A stretch of 64,000 nucleotides of DNA from Phenylobacterium sp. GTDB lineage: Bacteria > Pseudomonadota > Alphaproteobacteria > Caulobacterales > Caulobacteraceae. Under the pieces are notes generated by a model. That model made no database searches. It was not told where the DNA came from and saw only the letters and a program-made list of their open reading frames with translations. The DNA lies in contig NZ_DASZBG010000012.1 in assembly GCF_035944335.1 (NCBI RefSeq), positions 8,612 through 72,611 on the forward strand. Direction: 5' to 3'. A program made the position numbers and the translations under genes. Below, piece by piece: positions 11,021 to 19,129 of this stretch. How positions within the stretch are numbered: the stretch's first letter is position 1; every line of letters starts with the position of its first letter.

Positions 11021-11203
11021 ATGTCCGGCGCCTTCGCCTTCCTCCGACCCTTCGCGCTGCTGGCGGCCATCGCCTTCGTGGCGGGCTTCTTCGGCTATCT
11101 GGCGCTTGGCCAGCCCAGCCGGGCCGTCGCCGAGATCGCAGCGCAGCCGATCGTGGCCTCCGGCCCCGCGTCCGAAGACTGGAACCTGCCGCACCACATC
11201 TGA
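11021..11203 (+). CDS. Small hypothetical membrane protein (60 aa)
   Basis: MSGAFAFLRPFALLAAIAFVAGFFGYLALGQ has one TM segment. GC3 is high, and AAGGAA lies 8 nt upstream of the ATG. I recognise no family. Confidence 0.45.
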   Translation: MSGAFAFLRPFALLAAIAFVAGFFGYLALGQPSRAVAEIAAQPIVASGPASEDWNLPHHI

Positions 11204-11207
11204 CGAC

Positions 11208-11966
11208 CTAGCCGCCCCGGGCCACGAACCAGCCGTTGCGGAATCCCTCGCTGGCCTTGCCGTAGAGGAACGGCTGGCCCTCGGGCGTCAGGACGCTGCC
11301 CCCCGCGGCGGCCAGCACCGCATGGCCGGCGGCAATGTCCCATTCCATGGTCGGGCCGTGGCGCGGATAGATGTCCGCCGCGCCTTCCGCGATGCGGCAA
11401 AGCTTGATGGAGGAATCCATCGCTTCGCGCCGGTCGAAGCCATAGCGCTCGGCGAGCGCCTGGATGGTCTCTTCCTTCATGGTGTGGCTGATCAGGACCA
11501 GGGCCTCGCCGGCCGGCCAGGGCCGCACGCGCACCGGCTGGTCCGCGCCGCCCTGTCTGCGCTTCAGCGCCTGCCCGCCGGAGGTGAACCAGAGCTCGCC
11601 CGTGGGCGGGCAGGCCACGGCGCCGGCCACCGGCCGATGGTTGTCGATCAGGCCGATGTTCACGGTGAAATGCGGGTCGCCGCGCACGAAGGCCTTGGTG
11701 CCGTCCAGCGGGTCGACGAGGAAGAACCGCGGTCCGATGGCGTCGGGCGTGCCGAACTGGGCCGCGTCCTCCTCCGAGATGATCGGGATATCCGGAAAGC
11801 GGCTCCTGAGCGCCTCGAGGATCAGCGCCTCGGCCCGATGGTCGGCCTCGGTGACCGGACTTTCGTCGGCCTTGTGAGTCACCGACAGGCCCGAGCGCCA
11901 TAGGGGCAGGATCAGCTGCGCGGCGGCCTCGCAGATCTTTGCCAGTTCGGGGCCCACCTCGTTCAT
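11208..11966 (-). CDS. cysQ: 3'(2'),5'-bisphosphate nucleotidase / inositol-monophosphatase family
   Basis: SPVTEADHRAE, ISEEDA, LVDPLDGTKAF and MEWDIAAGHAV motifs. The start is at ATG 11966 (MNEVGPE), with SD GAAGGA 6 nt upstream. Confidence 0.8.
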   Translation of the reverse strand: MNEVGPELAKICEAAAQLILPLWRSGLSVTHKADESPVTEADHRAEALILEALRSRFPDIPIISEEDAAQFGTPDAIGPRFFLVDPLDGTKAFVRGDPHFTVNIGLIDNHRPVAGAVACPPTGELWFTSGGQALKRRQGGADQPVRVRPWPAGEALVLISHTMKEETIQALAERYGFDRREAMDSSIKLCRIAEGAADIYPRHGPTMEWDIAAGHAVLAAAGGSVLTPEGQPFLYGKASEGFRNGWFVARGG

Positions 11967-12054
11967 CGCCAATCCTTCGCCGCCTTCTGGGCAGGGGTTC
12001 TCTTATGAGGCCGGGGGCGTTTTCCAAAGGCTCAAATCACGCCAAGGTCGTCCC

Positions 12055-12735
12055 ATGACCGAGCCGCCGGCCCCCGACGACATCGCCGCTCCCGAGCCCG
12101 CTTCGAGCGTGCGCGCCGCTGAGCTCGCCGCCTATCTGGCGGGCCGCATGTGCCACGACTTCATCAGTCCGGCGAGCGCCATCGTCTCGGGGCTCGACTT
12201 GCTGGAAGACCCCTCGGCGCAGGACATGCGCGAAGAAGCCATGTCGCTGATCTCCAGCTCGGCGCGCAAGCTTGCCGACCTGCTGCAGTTCAGCCGCGTG
12301 GCGTTCGGCGCCTCGGCCTCGGCGGAGACCTTCGACGCCCGCGACCTGGAGAAGCTGGCGCAGGGCGTTTTCGCCCACATGCGCGCCGAGCTGCAGTGGA
12401 CGGTCGAGGCGCCGGCGCTCAACAAGCCGGCCGCCCGGGCGATCCTCAACCTGGCGCAGATGACCGGCGCGGCTCTGCCGACCGGCGGTGTGGCGTCGAT
12501 CCGGGCGGTGCAGGAAGCCGGCGCCATCGCCATCGCCGCCGAGGCTTCAGGCCCCCGCGCGCGCCTGCGGCCGGAGGTGCTGCGCGGGCTGCAGGGCCAG
12601 CCGCTCGGCGACGGCCTGCACGGTCACTGGGTGCAGGCCTACTATGTGCACCTGTTCCTCACCGACGCCGGGGGACGGGTGTTCGCCGACGTGAGCGATG
12701 AGAAGGTGGTGTTCGCCGCCACCGTGCCGGCCTGA
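12055..12735 (+). CDS. chpT: Histidine phosphotransferase ChpT (CckA-ChpT-CtrA/CpdR phosphorelay)
   Basis: RMCHDFISPASAIVSGLDLLED carries the phospho-His helix, followed by a degenerate HATPase-like C-terminal domain. 226 aa. Confidence 0.85.
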   Translation: MTEPPAPDDIAAPEPASSVRAAELAAYLAGRMCHDFISPASAIVSGLDLLEDPSAQDMREEAMSLISSSARKLADLLQFSRVAFGASASAETFDARDLEKLAQGVFAHMRAELQWTVEAPALNKPAARAILNLAQMTGAALPTGGVASIRAVQEAGAIAIAAEASGPRARLRPEVLRGLQGQPLGDGLHGHWVQAYYVHLFLTDAGGRVFADVSDEKVVFAATVPA

Positions 12736-12797
12736 CATTGCCCCGCCGGCCGCTCGGGGCCTAAGCTCCGCCGGCAGTCAGGGTAGGGGACGTCTTC

Positions 12798-14906
12798 GTG
12801 CACAGCTTCATGGGATTGGGCCGCGCGGTGCGCGGGTTGGCGCTCGGCATGCTGGCGGCGACGGCGATGGCGACGGGCGCCGTGGCGGCGCGGCCGTTCA
12901 CCGCCAAGGACATGGCGACGCTTGATCGGGTGTCCGACCCGCAGCTCTCGCCCGACGGCCGATACCTCGCCTATTCGGTGGGCGTGGTCGACTGGGCCGC
13001 CAACCGGGTGAACGGCACGCTGTGGATCGCCGACCGGCGCGCGCCCGCCCAGCCGCCGCGCATGCTGGAGATCTCCACGCGGCCCGCCGGCCAGGCCCGC
13101 TGGAGCCCGGACGGGACGCACCTCTACTTCCTCTCCAACCGCGGTGGGACCCAGCAGGTCTGGCGCACCGATCCCGAGGGCGCGGCGGCCGTGCAGGTCA
13201 CCAACCTGCCCATCGACGTGCGCAGCTATCGGCTCAGCCCCGACGGCCGGACGCTGGTGGTGGCGCTGAGCGTCTTCGCCGATTGCCCGACGCTCGCCTG
13301 CACCAAGGGTCGCCAGGATGCGCGCAAGGCCAACCAGGTCTCCGCCGTCACCTTCGAGCACTTGCCGCTGTTCATCTGGGACGACTGGCAAGCTGGCGAA
13401 CGGGCGCAGCTTTTCGCCCTCAAGCTCGACGCGGCAGGCGGCGTGGCGGGCGAGCCCACGCGGCTGATGACCGGCTTCGACGCCGACGCGCCGGGGCGTC
13501 CGTTCGGCGGCGACAGCGACTTCGCGGTCTCCAACCAGGCGGTGGTGTTCTCCGCCCTGGAGCCCGGCGCCGCCTGGGGCGTCACCGACCTCGAAGGGCT
13601 CTACAGCACTCCCCTCGACGGCTCCGCGCCGCCTCGGCGCATCAGCCCCGTCGCGCCCGGCGCCTACGGCAAGCCCACCCTCTCGCCGGACGGAACCCAG
13701 CTCGCCTACCTGGCGCAGAAGGCCCGCGGCGGCGGCGACGTCCGCGCCGCGGTCATGGTGCGCGACCTGCGCACCGGCGCCGACCATGAGGCCGATCCCG
13801 GCTTCGACCGCTCCGCGGCCGGCCTGGCCTGGTCGCCGGACGGCCACACGCTCTACGCCACCGCCGAGGACCAGGGCCGGGTGCGCCTGTTCGCCATCGA
13901 TCCGGCGGCGGGCAAGGTCCGCCCGCTGACCACAGGCGGCCAGGTCACAGGCGTGACCGCCGGCGGCGACCGCATCGTGGTCTCGCAAGACAGCCTGATG
14001 GGTCCAGCCCAGCTCTATGAGGTCGGCCCGCGCGGCGAGCGCCAACTCACCGCCCACAACGCCGCCCGGCTGGCGGACTTCGCCTTCTCCACGCCCGAGC
14101 AGTTCAGCTTCAAGGGCTGGAACGACGAGCCGGTGATGGCCTACGTCCTGCCGCCGCAGGGCTATCAGCCGGGGCGCAAGTACCCGGTCGCCTTCCTGAT
14201 CCACGGCGGCCCGCACGGCTCGTTCGGCGACGCCTGGTCCACCCGCTGGAACCCGCAGGTCTGGACCGGCATGGGCTACGCCGTGGTGATGGTCGATTTC
14301 CACGGCTCGTCCGGCTACGGCGAGGCCTTCGGCCATTCGATCGTCGGCCACTGGGGCGACCGGCCGCTGGAGGACCTGCAAAAGGGCTGGTCGGCCGCCC
14401 TGGCGAAATATCCCTACCTCGATGGCAGCCGCGCCTGCGCGCTCGGCGGCTCCTACGGCGGCTATATGGTCGCCTGGATCGCCGGCGCCTGGAACGCGCC
14501 CTGGAAGTGCCTCGTGGATCACGACGGCGTCTTCGAGACCCGCACCATGGCGCTGACCACCGACATCACCGGCTTCGCGGAATATGAGACCGATGGCCTG
14601 TCTTGGGAGAAGGGCGAGGCCTATGAGCGGTTCAATCCGCTGAACAGGGTCGCCGCCTGGAAGACGCCGATCCTGGTGGTGCATGGCGGCAAGGACTTCC
14701 GCGTGCCGCTCGGCCAGGGCCTGGCGGCCTTCACCGCCGCCCAGCGCCGCGGCGTCCCCTCCAAGCTGGTCTATTTCCCCGACGAGAACCACTGGGTGCT
14801 CAAACCCCAGAACTCGGTGGAGTGGTACCGCAACGTCGAGGACTGGATGCGGCGCTGGACCGGCTCGGAAACCGTCGCCGCCAACCGCTCGGCTACCGCT
14901 CCTTAA
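12798..14906 (+). CDS. Exported S9-family serine peptidase (prolyl oligopeptidase / dipeptidyl-peptidase type)
   Basis: Signal peptide, a beta-propeller-like N-terminal half with repeated SPDG motifs, and a catalytic GGSYGGYM serine motif in the C-terminal hydrolase domain. The track start is GTG; ATG at 12810 is an alternative. Confidence 0.9.
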   Translation: MHSFMGLGRAVRGLALGMLAATAMATGAVAARPFTAKDMATLDRVSDPQLSPDGRYLAYSVGVVDWAANRVNGTLWIADRRAPAQPPRMLEISTRPAGQARWSPDGTHLYFLSNRGGTQQVWRTDPEGAAAVQVTNLPIDVRSYRLSPDGRTLVVALSVFADCPTLACTKGRQDARKANQVSAVTFEHLPLFIWDDWQAGERAQLFALKLDAAGGVAGEPTRLMTGFDADAPGRPFGGDSDFAVSNQAVVFSALEPGAAWGVTDLEGLYSTPLDGSAPPRRISPVAPGAYGKPTLSPDGTQLAYLAQKARGGGDVRAAVMVRDLRTGADHEADPGFDRSAAGLAWSPDGHTLYATAEDQGRVRLFAIDPAAGKVRPLTTGGQVTGVTAGGDRIVVSQDSLMGPAQLYEVGPRGERQLTAHNAARLADFAFSTPEQFSFKGWNDEPVMAYVLPPQGYQPGRKYPVAFLIHGGPHGSFGDAWSTRWNPQVWTGMGYAVVMVDFHGSSGYGEAFGHSIVGHWGDRPLEDLQKGWSAALAKYPYLDGSRACALGGSYGGYMVAWIAGAWNAPWKCLVDHDGVFETRTMALTTDITGFAEYETDGLSWEKGEAYERFNPLNRVAAWKTPILVVHGGKDFRVPLGQGLAAFTAAQRRGVPSKLVYFPDENHWVLKPQNSVEWYRNVEDWMRRWTGSETVAANRSATAP

Positions 14907-14930
14907 CCATCCTGGCGCGACAAGGGTGGG

Positions 14931-15314
14931 GTGAAGGAGCCTCAGCGCTTGAAGACCTGCCTGGTCGTCGACGACAGCCGCGTGATCCGCATGGTCGCGC
15001 GCCGGATCCTGGAGGACCTGGGCTTCCAGGTGGCCGAGGCCGGCGACGGCGCCGATGCGCTCGCCTTCTGCCGCGCCACCATGCCCGAGGCCATCCTGCT
15101 CGACTGGCACATGCCGGTGATGGGCGGACCGGAGTTCCTGCGACGGCTGAGGCTGGAGCCGGGCGGCGAGGCTCCGCGGGTGGTCTACTGCTCCGGCGAG
15201 AGCCAGGTTGAAAGGATTCGAGAAGCGCTCGAGTCCGGGGCCGATGAATTCATCATGAAGCCCTTTGACGCCGAGATCGTGGTCGGCAAGTTCGCCGCGG
15301 CGGGGCTGGCATGA
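14931..15314 (+). CDS. Single-domain CheY-like response regulator
   Basis: LVVDDS...LLDWHMP...IMKPF receiver signature, 127 aa. There is a 4-nt overlap with the downstream cheR-like gene. Confidence 0.9.
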   Translation: MKEPQRLKTCLVVDDSRVIRMVARRILEDLGFQVAEAGDGADALAFCRATMPEAILLDWHMPVMGGPEFLRRLRLEPGGEAPRVVYCSGESQVERIREALESGADEFIMKPFDAEIVVGKFAAAGLA

Positions 15315-16111
15315 CGCCCCGGGAGCGCGACCATGTGGCCGGGCTGTGCGCCACGCTGGCCGGCCTGAACATCGAGACCGACCGCGGCTATCTGCTCGAG
15401 AGCGGACTGGGCGTGGTCGCCCGCCGCGAAGGCTATGGCTCTATCGCCGAGCTCGTGCGCTCGGTCCGCGACCGCGGCGACCAGCGGCTGGTCTGGGAAG
15501 TGGTCGAGGCGCTGGCGCCGGCCCACACCGCCTTCTTCCGCGATCCCGAGGTGTTCGCCGCGCTGGGCGAGCATCTGGAAGCCGCCGCGGCGCGCGGCGC
15601 CGTGCGGGTCTGGAGCGCGGCCTGCGGCTCCGGGCAGGAGATCTATTCCATCGCCATGTTGCTGGAGGAGCGCGGGGTCGACGGCGTCGAGCTGTTCGCC
15701 TCGGACCTGTCGCAGCGGTCGGTCGAGAAGGCCCGCGTCGGCCTCTACAGCCAGTTCGAGGTGCAGCAGGGCCTGTCGGCGCGCCGCCTGGTCCGGCACT
15801 TCGCCAATGTCGAAGACGAGTTCCTGCTCGATCCGGAGATCCGCCGGCAGGTGAAGTGGCGCCGCCTGAACTTGCTGGACGTCGCCCCGGGCGTCGGGAC
15901 CTTCGACGTGATCCTCTGCCGCCATCTGCTCGGCTCGCTGCTGCCGCCGGCGGGCGAGCGGGTCATGGCCCATCTCACCGCCGCGCTACGGCCCGGCGGA
16001 CAGCTGGTGCTGGGCGCGGGCGAAGCTCCGCCGACATCCCTCGGCCTGGTTCCGGTTGCGGGCGCGCCGGGGAGGTTCGAGATCCCCGAGCGCGTGCGGG
16101 CCGCCGCCTGA
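15311..16111 (+). CDS. cheR: CheR-type protein-glutamate O-methyltransferase
   Basis: TAFFRDPEVF and the SAM-binding WSAACGSGQEIYSIAM motif, 266 aa. It appears translationally coupled to the CheY-like gene. Confidence 0.9.
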   Translation: MTPRERDHVAGLCATLAGLNIETDRGYLLESGLGVVARREGYGSIAELVRSVRDRGDQRLVWEVVEALAPAHTAFFRDPEVFAALGEHLEAAAARGAVRVWSAACGSGQEIYSIAMLLEERGVDGVELFASDLSQRSVEKARVGLYSQFEVQQGLSARRLVRHFANVEDEFLLDPEIRRQVKWRRLNLLDVAPGVGTFDVILCRHLLGSLLPPAGERVMAHLTAALRPGGQLVLGAGEAPPTSLGLVPVAGAPGRFEIPERVRAAA

Positions 16112-16128
16112 GTCCAGACCGCAAAAAA

Positions 16129-16153
16129 CCCCGCCGTGTGCACGGCGGGGTTT
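16129..16153. terminator. Bidirectional intrinsic terminator between cheR (+) and the entericidin-like gene (-)
   Basis: A-tract, then stem CCCCGCCG / loop TGTGCA / CGGCGGGG, followed by TTT. Confidence 0.7.
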
Positions 16154-16177
16154 CTCCAACACTGAACCCGAGTGGGG

Positions 16178-16315
16178 CTAGTGCTTCGCGTCCTGCGCGG
16201 TGTCGGAGACGGCGTGGCCTGCGGCCGAGACGTCCTTGCCGGCGCCTTGAACGGTGTTGCAGGCGGCCACGCCAAGGCTGACGGCCAGGGCCGCCAGGAC
16301 CATGAGTTTGCGCAT
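16178..16315 (-). CDS. Entericidin A/B-family small lipoprotein (45 aa)
   Basis: My own translation gives MRKLMVLAALAVSLGVAACNTVQGAGKDVSAAGHAVSDTAQDAKH, with lipobox GVAAC. SD GGGAG lies about 10 nt upstream. It is too short for the ORF track. Confidence 0.7.
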   Translation of the reverse strand: MRKLMVLAALAVSLGVAACNTVQGAGKDVSAAGHAVSDTAQDAKH

Positions 16316-16357
16316 TTTGGAATTCTCCCGAGGATGTGCTGAAAGTCGCATCCACTG

Positions 16358-16382
16358 AACGCCTAGGCCGCGGCCTGGTTCC
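16358..16382 (-). promoter_or_regulatory. EcfG/SigT-type promoter (GGAAC-N16-CGTT) for the entericidin-like gene
   Basis: The plus strand reads AACG-cctaggccgcggcctg-GTTCC. The -35 lies inside the last codons of phyK, and the -10 is about 43 nt upstream of the ATG at 16315. Confidence 0.65.
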
Positions 16383-18084
16383 CGTCCCCGGCCTCCGGAC
16401 GCTCCGGAAGCGCCGCCGGATTGGGGAAGGTCAGGCGCGCGGTGATCCCGCCCGAGGAGTTGCGCACCAGGTCGGCGTGGCCGCGCAGCTGGCGGGCGAA
16501 GGCGGTCATCAAGGTGCGGCCGACTCCGGAGGAGACCAGCGCATCGTCCGGCGCCTGGCCGTCGTCGCTTATCTCCAGCTCCGCCTCCTCGCCGCGGACG
16601 CGGAAGTTGACGGTCAGGACGCCGCCGCGTTCGCGGAAGGCGTGCTTCTGGGCGTTGGTGATCGCCTCGACCGCGAACAGCGCGAGCGGCGCCAGCCGGT
16701 CTGGATCGATGACCAACGCGTCAACCGCCAGCACGGTCTGTACGGCCGGCCCGTGCAGCATCTCGCCGGTCACCAGCTGGGCGGTCAGCTCCTCGAGGAA
16801 CGGCCGCAGGTCGACGCGCTTCAGATCGGGGCCCTGGTAGAGCGCCCGGTAGATTAGGGCGAGCGCGGTGATCCGCTGGCGGGTGTCGCTCATCGCCGCC
16901 CGCGCGGCCGGGTCGGTGAGCGAGCGCTGCTGCATGTTGAGCAGGGACGAGATGACCTGCAGGTTGTTCTTCACCCGGTGGTGGATTTCGCGCATCAGCG
17001 CGTCCTTCTGGGCCAGGGAATCCCGCAGGCTGGCGTCTCGGCCGACTATGGCGTCGGCCATGTCCTCCAGGGTCTCGGCCAGTTCGCGGATCTCCGGCGG
17101 CATCTGGTCGGCCTGGACCGGCCGCACGCTGAGGCGGCCGCGCGCGTAGAGCGAGGCGATCCGCTGCAGGTAGGCGATCCAGCGCACCACCACCTGCTCG
17201 GTGACCACCGTCACCGCCGTCAGCGCCAGGGCGAAGGTCAGGAGCGGGAAGACGATGCCGGATAGTGGGTTCAGCCAGGCCCAGGATAGCAGGCCGGGCG
17301 AGCGGGCGGAGAGCACCACATAGACGGCCTCGCCGACCACCGGCGCGGCGGAGAAGACCCTGCGCTGGCCGCCGGCGTCGCGGTCGTACCAGACGTAGGA
17401 GCCCTGGGCGCGGGTGCGGGCGCGCCAATCGGCCGGCAGGGTGGTGAAGGCCTTCGGATTGGTCGCGGTGATATAGCGGCCGCTCGGGTCGGCCAGCGCC
17501 ACCTCGGAATGGGCCGGCAGGATCGGATCGGCGACCGAGGGCTCCAGGCTGTTCAGCCGGATCACCGCGACGAAGGCGCCGTCGAAGCGCCCATCGGGGG
17601 CGGCGGCGCGGACCGCGGCCAGCACCGCGGGCTCCTGGGCGTAGGGCGAGCCGGGATCGCGGGTGATGACCAGCGGTTGGCCGACCGAGAGCTGCTGGAA
17701 CCAGGGGCGCATCGCGCGCTGTTCGTCGGCGGGGACGTCGCCGGCGGCGCAGGCCACCCGCCCGCGGCTGTCGAAGCGGATCAGGTTGGCGTAGCCCGGG
17801 ATACGCTGGGTGACCTCCGCCAGCCGCTGGGCGCACTGGAAGCCCACAGACCCGGGCGCCAGCGTCTGCAGCAGGATGTCGGCCGCCTCCATCCGCGCGC
17901 GCGCGGTGGCGGCGCTGCGCTCAGCGGCGAAGCCGAGGTTGCGGCGCAGGTCGACCCGCTCACGGTTGAAGGCGATCGCCGATTGCAGGATGCCAAGCAG
18001 CAGCACCGGCAGCAATGCTGCCGCCAGGGCCAGCGTCAAGCGGACCCGGATGGTGCTCAAGGATGCCCAGGGCAGGCCGGCCAT
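16363..18084 (-). CDS. phyK: Membrane sensor histidine kinase of the HisKA_2 family; positional PhyK (PhyR kinase)
   Basis: Two TM segments flank a ~250-aa periplasmic domain. The H-box is EIHHRVKNNLQVISSLLNMQ, followed by a HATPase domain. It starts 19 nt downstream of the sigT stop. Confidence 0.8.
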   Translation of the reverse strand: MAGLPWASLSTIRVRLTLALAAALLPVLLLGILQSAIAFNRERVDLRRNLGFAAERSAATARARMEAADILLQTLAPGSVGFQCAQRLAEVTQRIPGYANLIRFDSRGRVACAAGDVPADEQRAMRPWFQQLSVGQPLVITRDPGSPYAQEPAVLAAVRAAAPDGRFDGAFVAVIRLNSLEPSVADPILPAHSEVALADPSGRYITATNPKAFTTLPADWRARTRAQGSYVWYDRDAGGQRRVFSAAPVVGEAVYVVLSARSPGLLSWAWLNPLSGIVFPLLTFALALTAVTVVTEQVVVRWIAYLQRIASLYARGRLSVRPVQADQMPPEIRELAETLEDMADAIVGRDASLRDSLAQKDALMREIHHRVKNNLQVISSLLNMQQRSLTDPAARAAMSDTRQRITALALIYRALYQGPDLKRVDLRPFLEELTAQLVTGEMLHGPAVQTVLAVDALVIDPDRLAPLALFAVEAITNAQKHAFRERGGVLTVNFRVRGEEAELEISDDGQAPDDALVSSGVGRTLMTAFARQLRGHADLVRNSSGGITARLTFPNPAALPERPEAGDGNQAAA

Positions 18085-18103
18085 TGCGAGCCCGTATCCG
18101 TCC

Positions 18104-18715
18104 TCACCGGACGGTGCTTAGCCGCTCCGCATCGGCGAGGATAGAGCGCATTGCTTCGCTCGCCGGCTCCCCGTCGCGGTCGTAGTCCCCGCCCTCGAGG
18201 ATCGCATGCAGCGCCCGGCGCGCCCGGCTCACCCGGCTCTTCACCGTGCCCACCGCGCAGCCGCAGATGTCGGCCGCCTCTTCGTAGGCGAAGCCGCCGG
18301 CGCCCACCAGGATCAGCGCTTCGCGCTGTTCGGGCGGCAGCATGGCCAGGCCCTGGCGCAGTTCGTCCAGCGCCACCGGGGCTTCCGGATCGTCCACCGC
18401 CACCAGGGTCCGCTCGGCGGCCTCCTGGTCGAGCTGGCTCTGGCGCCAGGAGCGGCGCTTCTCGGAATAGAACTGGTTGCGCAGAATCATGAAGGTCCAG
18501 GCCTTCATGTTGGTGCCCATCTGGAAGCTCGCCCGGGCGTCCCAGGCCTTCATCATCGCGTCCTGGGCGAGGTCGTCGGCCGCCGCGGGGTCGCCGCAGA
18601 GGGTGCGCGCAAAGGCCCGCAGGTGCGGGATGAGCTGCACGAGCTCGCGCTTGAAGGCTTCGTCGTCGGGCCGGGGCTCCGAGGACGGCGCCCGCTGTGG
18701 CTGGGCCTCGGGCAT
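18104..18715 (-). CDS. sigT: ECF sigma factor of the EcfG group (general stress response sigma)
   Basis: 203 aa with sigma-70 regions 2 and 4 (LIPHLRAFARTLCGDPAAADDLAQDAMMKAW; REALILVGAGGFAYEEAADICGCAVGTVKSRVSRAR). Its ATG overlaps the nepR stop (TGATG). Confidence 0.9.
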   Translation of the reverse strand: MPEAQPQRAPSSEPRPDDEAFKRELVQLIPHLRAFARTLCGDPAAADDLAQDAMMKAWDARASFQMGTNMKAWTFMILRNQFYSEKRRSWRQSQLDQEAAERTLVAVDDPEAPVALDELRQGLAMLPPEQREALILVGAGGFAYEEAADICGCAVGTVKSRVSRARRALHAILEGGDYDRDGEPASEAMRSILADAERLSTVR

Positions 18716-18903
18716 CAGCCCTTCTCCGAGGCGCGGCTGTCGGCCTTGCGCAGGATGTCGAGGAATTCGTCCGGGACGTCCTCGTTGACCACCTGGTCGA
18801 ACATCTGTCGCAGGCGCACGCCAATCGCCTGCTGGCGCAGGCGGGCTTCGTCCAGGGCGGCGGACGACTTGCGTCGTTCGCCAGGAGGCCGTTGTTCTAT
18901 CAT
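18715..18903 (-). CDS. nepR: Anti-sigma factor NepR
   Basis: C-terminal motif RLRQMFDQVVNEDVPDEFLDILRKAD. The start is set at ATG 18903 (62 aa) because the track TTG start at 18963 overlaps the -10 box of its own promoter. Confidence 0.8.
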   Translation of the reverse strand: MIEQRPPGERRKSSAALDEARLRQQAIGVRLRQMFDQVVNEDVPDEFLDILRKADSRASEKG

Positions 18904-18961
18904 GTTACTGGCGTGCCGCTCTCGCGGCGGCCGCCCCCTCTTGGCATTCTCGTTGTCGCTC

Positions 18962-18986
18962 AACGTCCGACTCCGCGCCAGGTTCC
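18962..18986 (-). promoter_or_regulatory. EcfG/SigT-type promoter (GGAAC-N16-CGTT) for nepR-sigT-phyK
   Basis: The plus strand reads AACG-tccgactccgcgccag-GTTCC. This is the classic autoregulated promoter position. Confidence 0.8.
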
Positions 18987-19026
18987 CGCAGATCGTCGGA
19001 CAAGATGCGAAAAACCGCGGGAAATG

Positions 19027-19051
19027 GGAACAAGTTCCCCCTGGTGACGTT
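19027..19051 (+). promoter_or_regulatory. EcfG/SigT-type promoter (GGAAC-N16-CGTT) for phyR
   Basis: GGAAC-aagttccccctggtga-CGTT, divergent from the nepR promoter and about 80 nt upstream of the phyR start. Confidence 0.8.
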
Positions 19052-19129
19052 TTTGTCCCATCATGGGGTTCGCGGTGGGGGAGACTTCCCGCGTGGCCGC
19101 TGGCTTTGAATACCAGGGAGGGGTCACCC

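Noticed and set aside
12642-15110. 822-aa minus-strand ORF antisense to the S9 peptidase and CheY genes. Comparable long antisense ORFs occur at 4491-6314, 4940-6469, 6226-8406, 37401-39680, 48075-49802, 53850-55955, 58815-60014 and 62239-63729.
   Set aside because: These are typical high-GC stop-codon-poor antisense frames. Their products are Arg/Gly/Ala/Pro-rich with low complexity and no recognisable motifs, while the opposite strand encodes proteins with clear family signatures.
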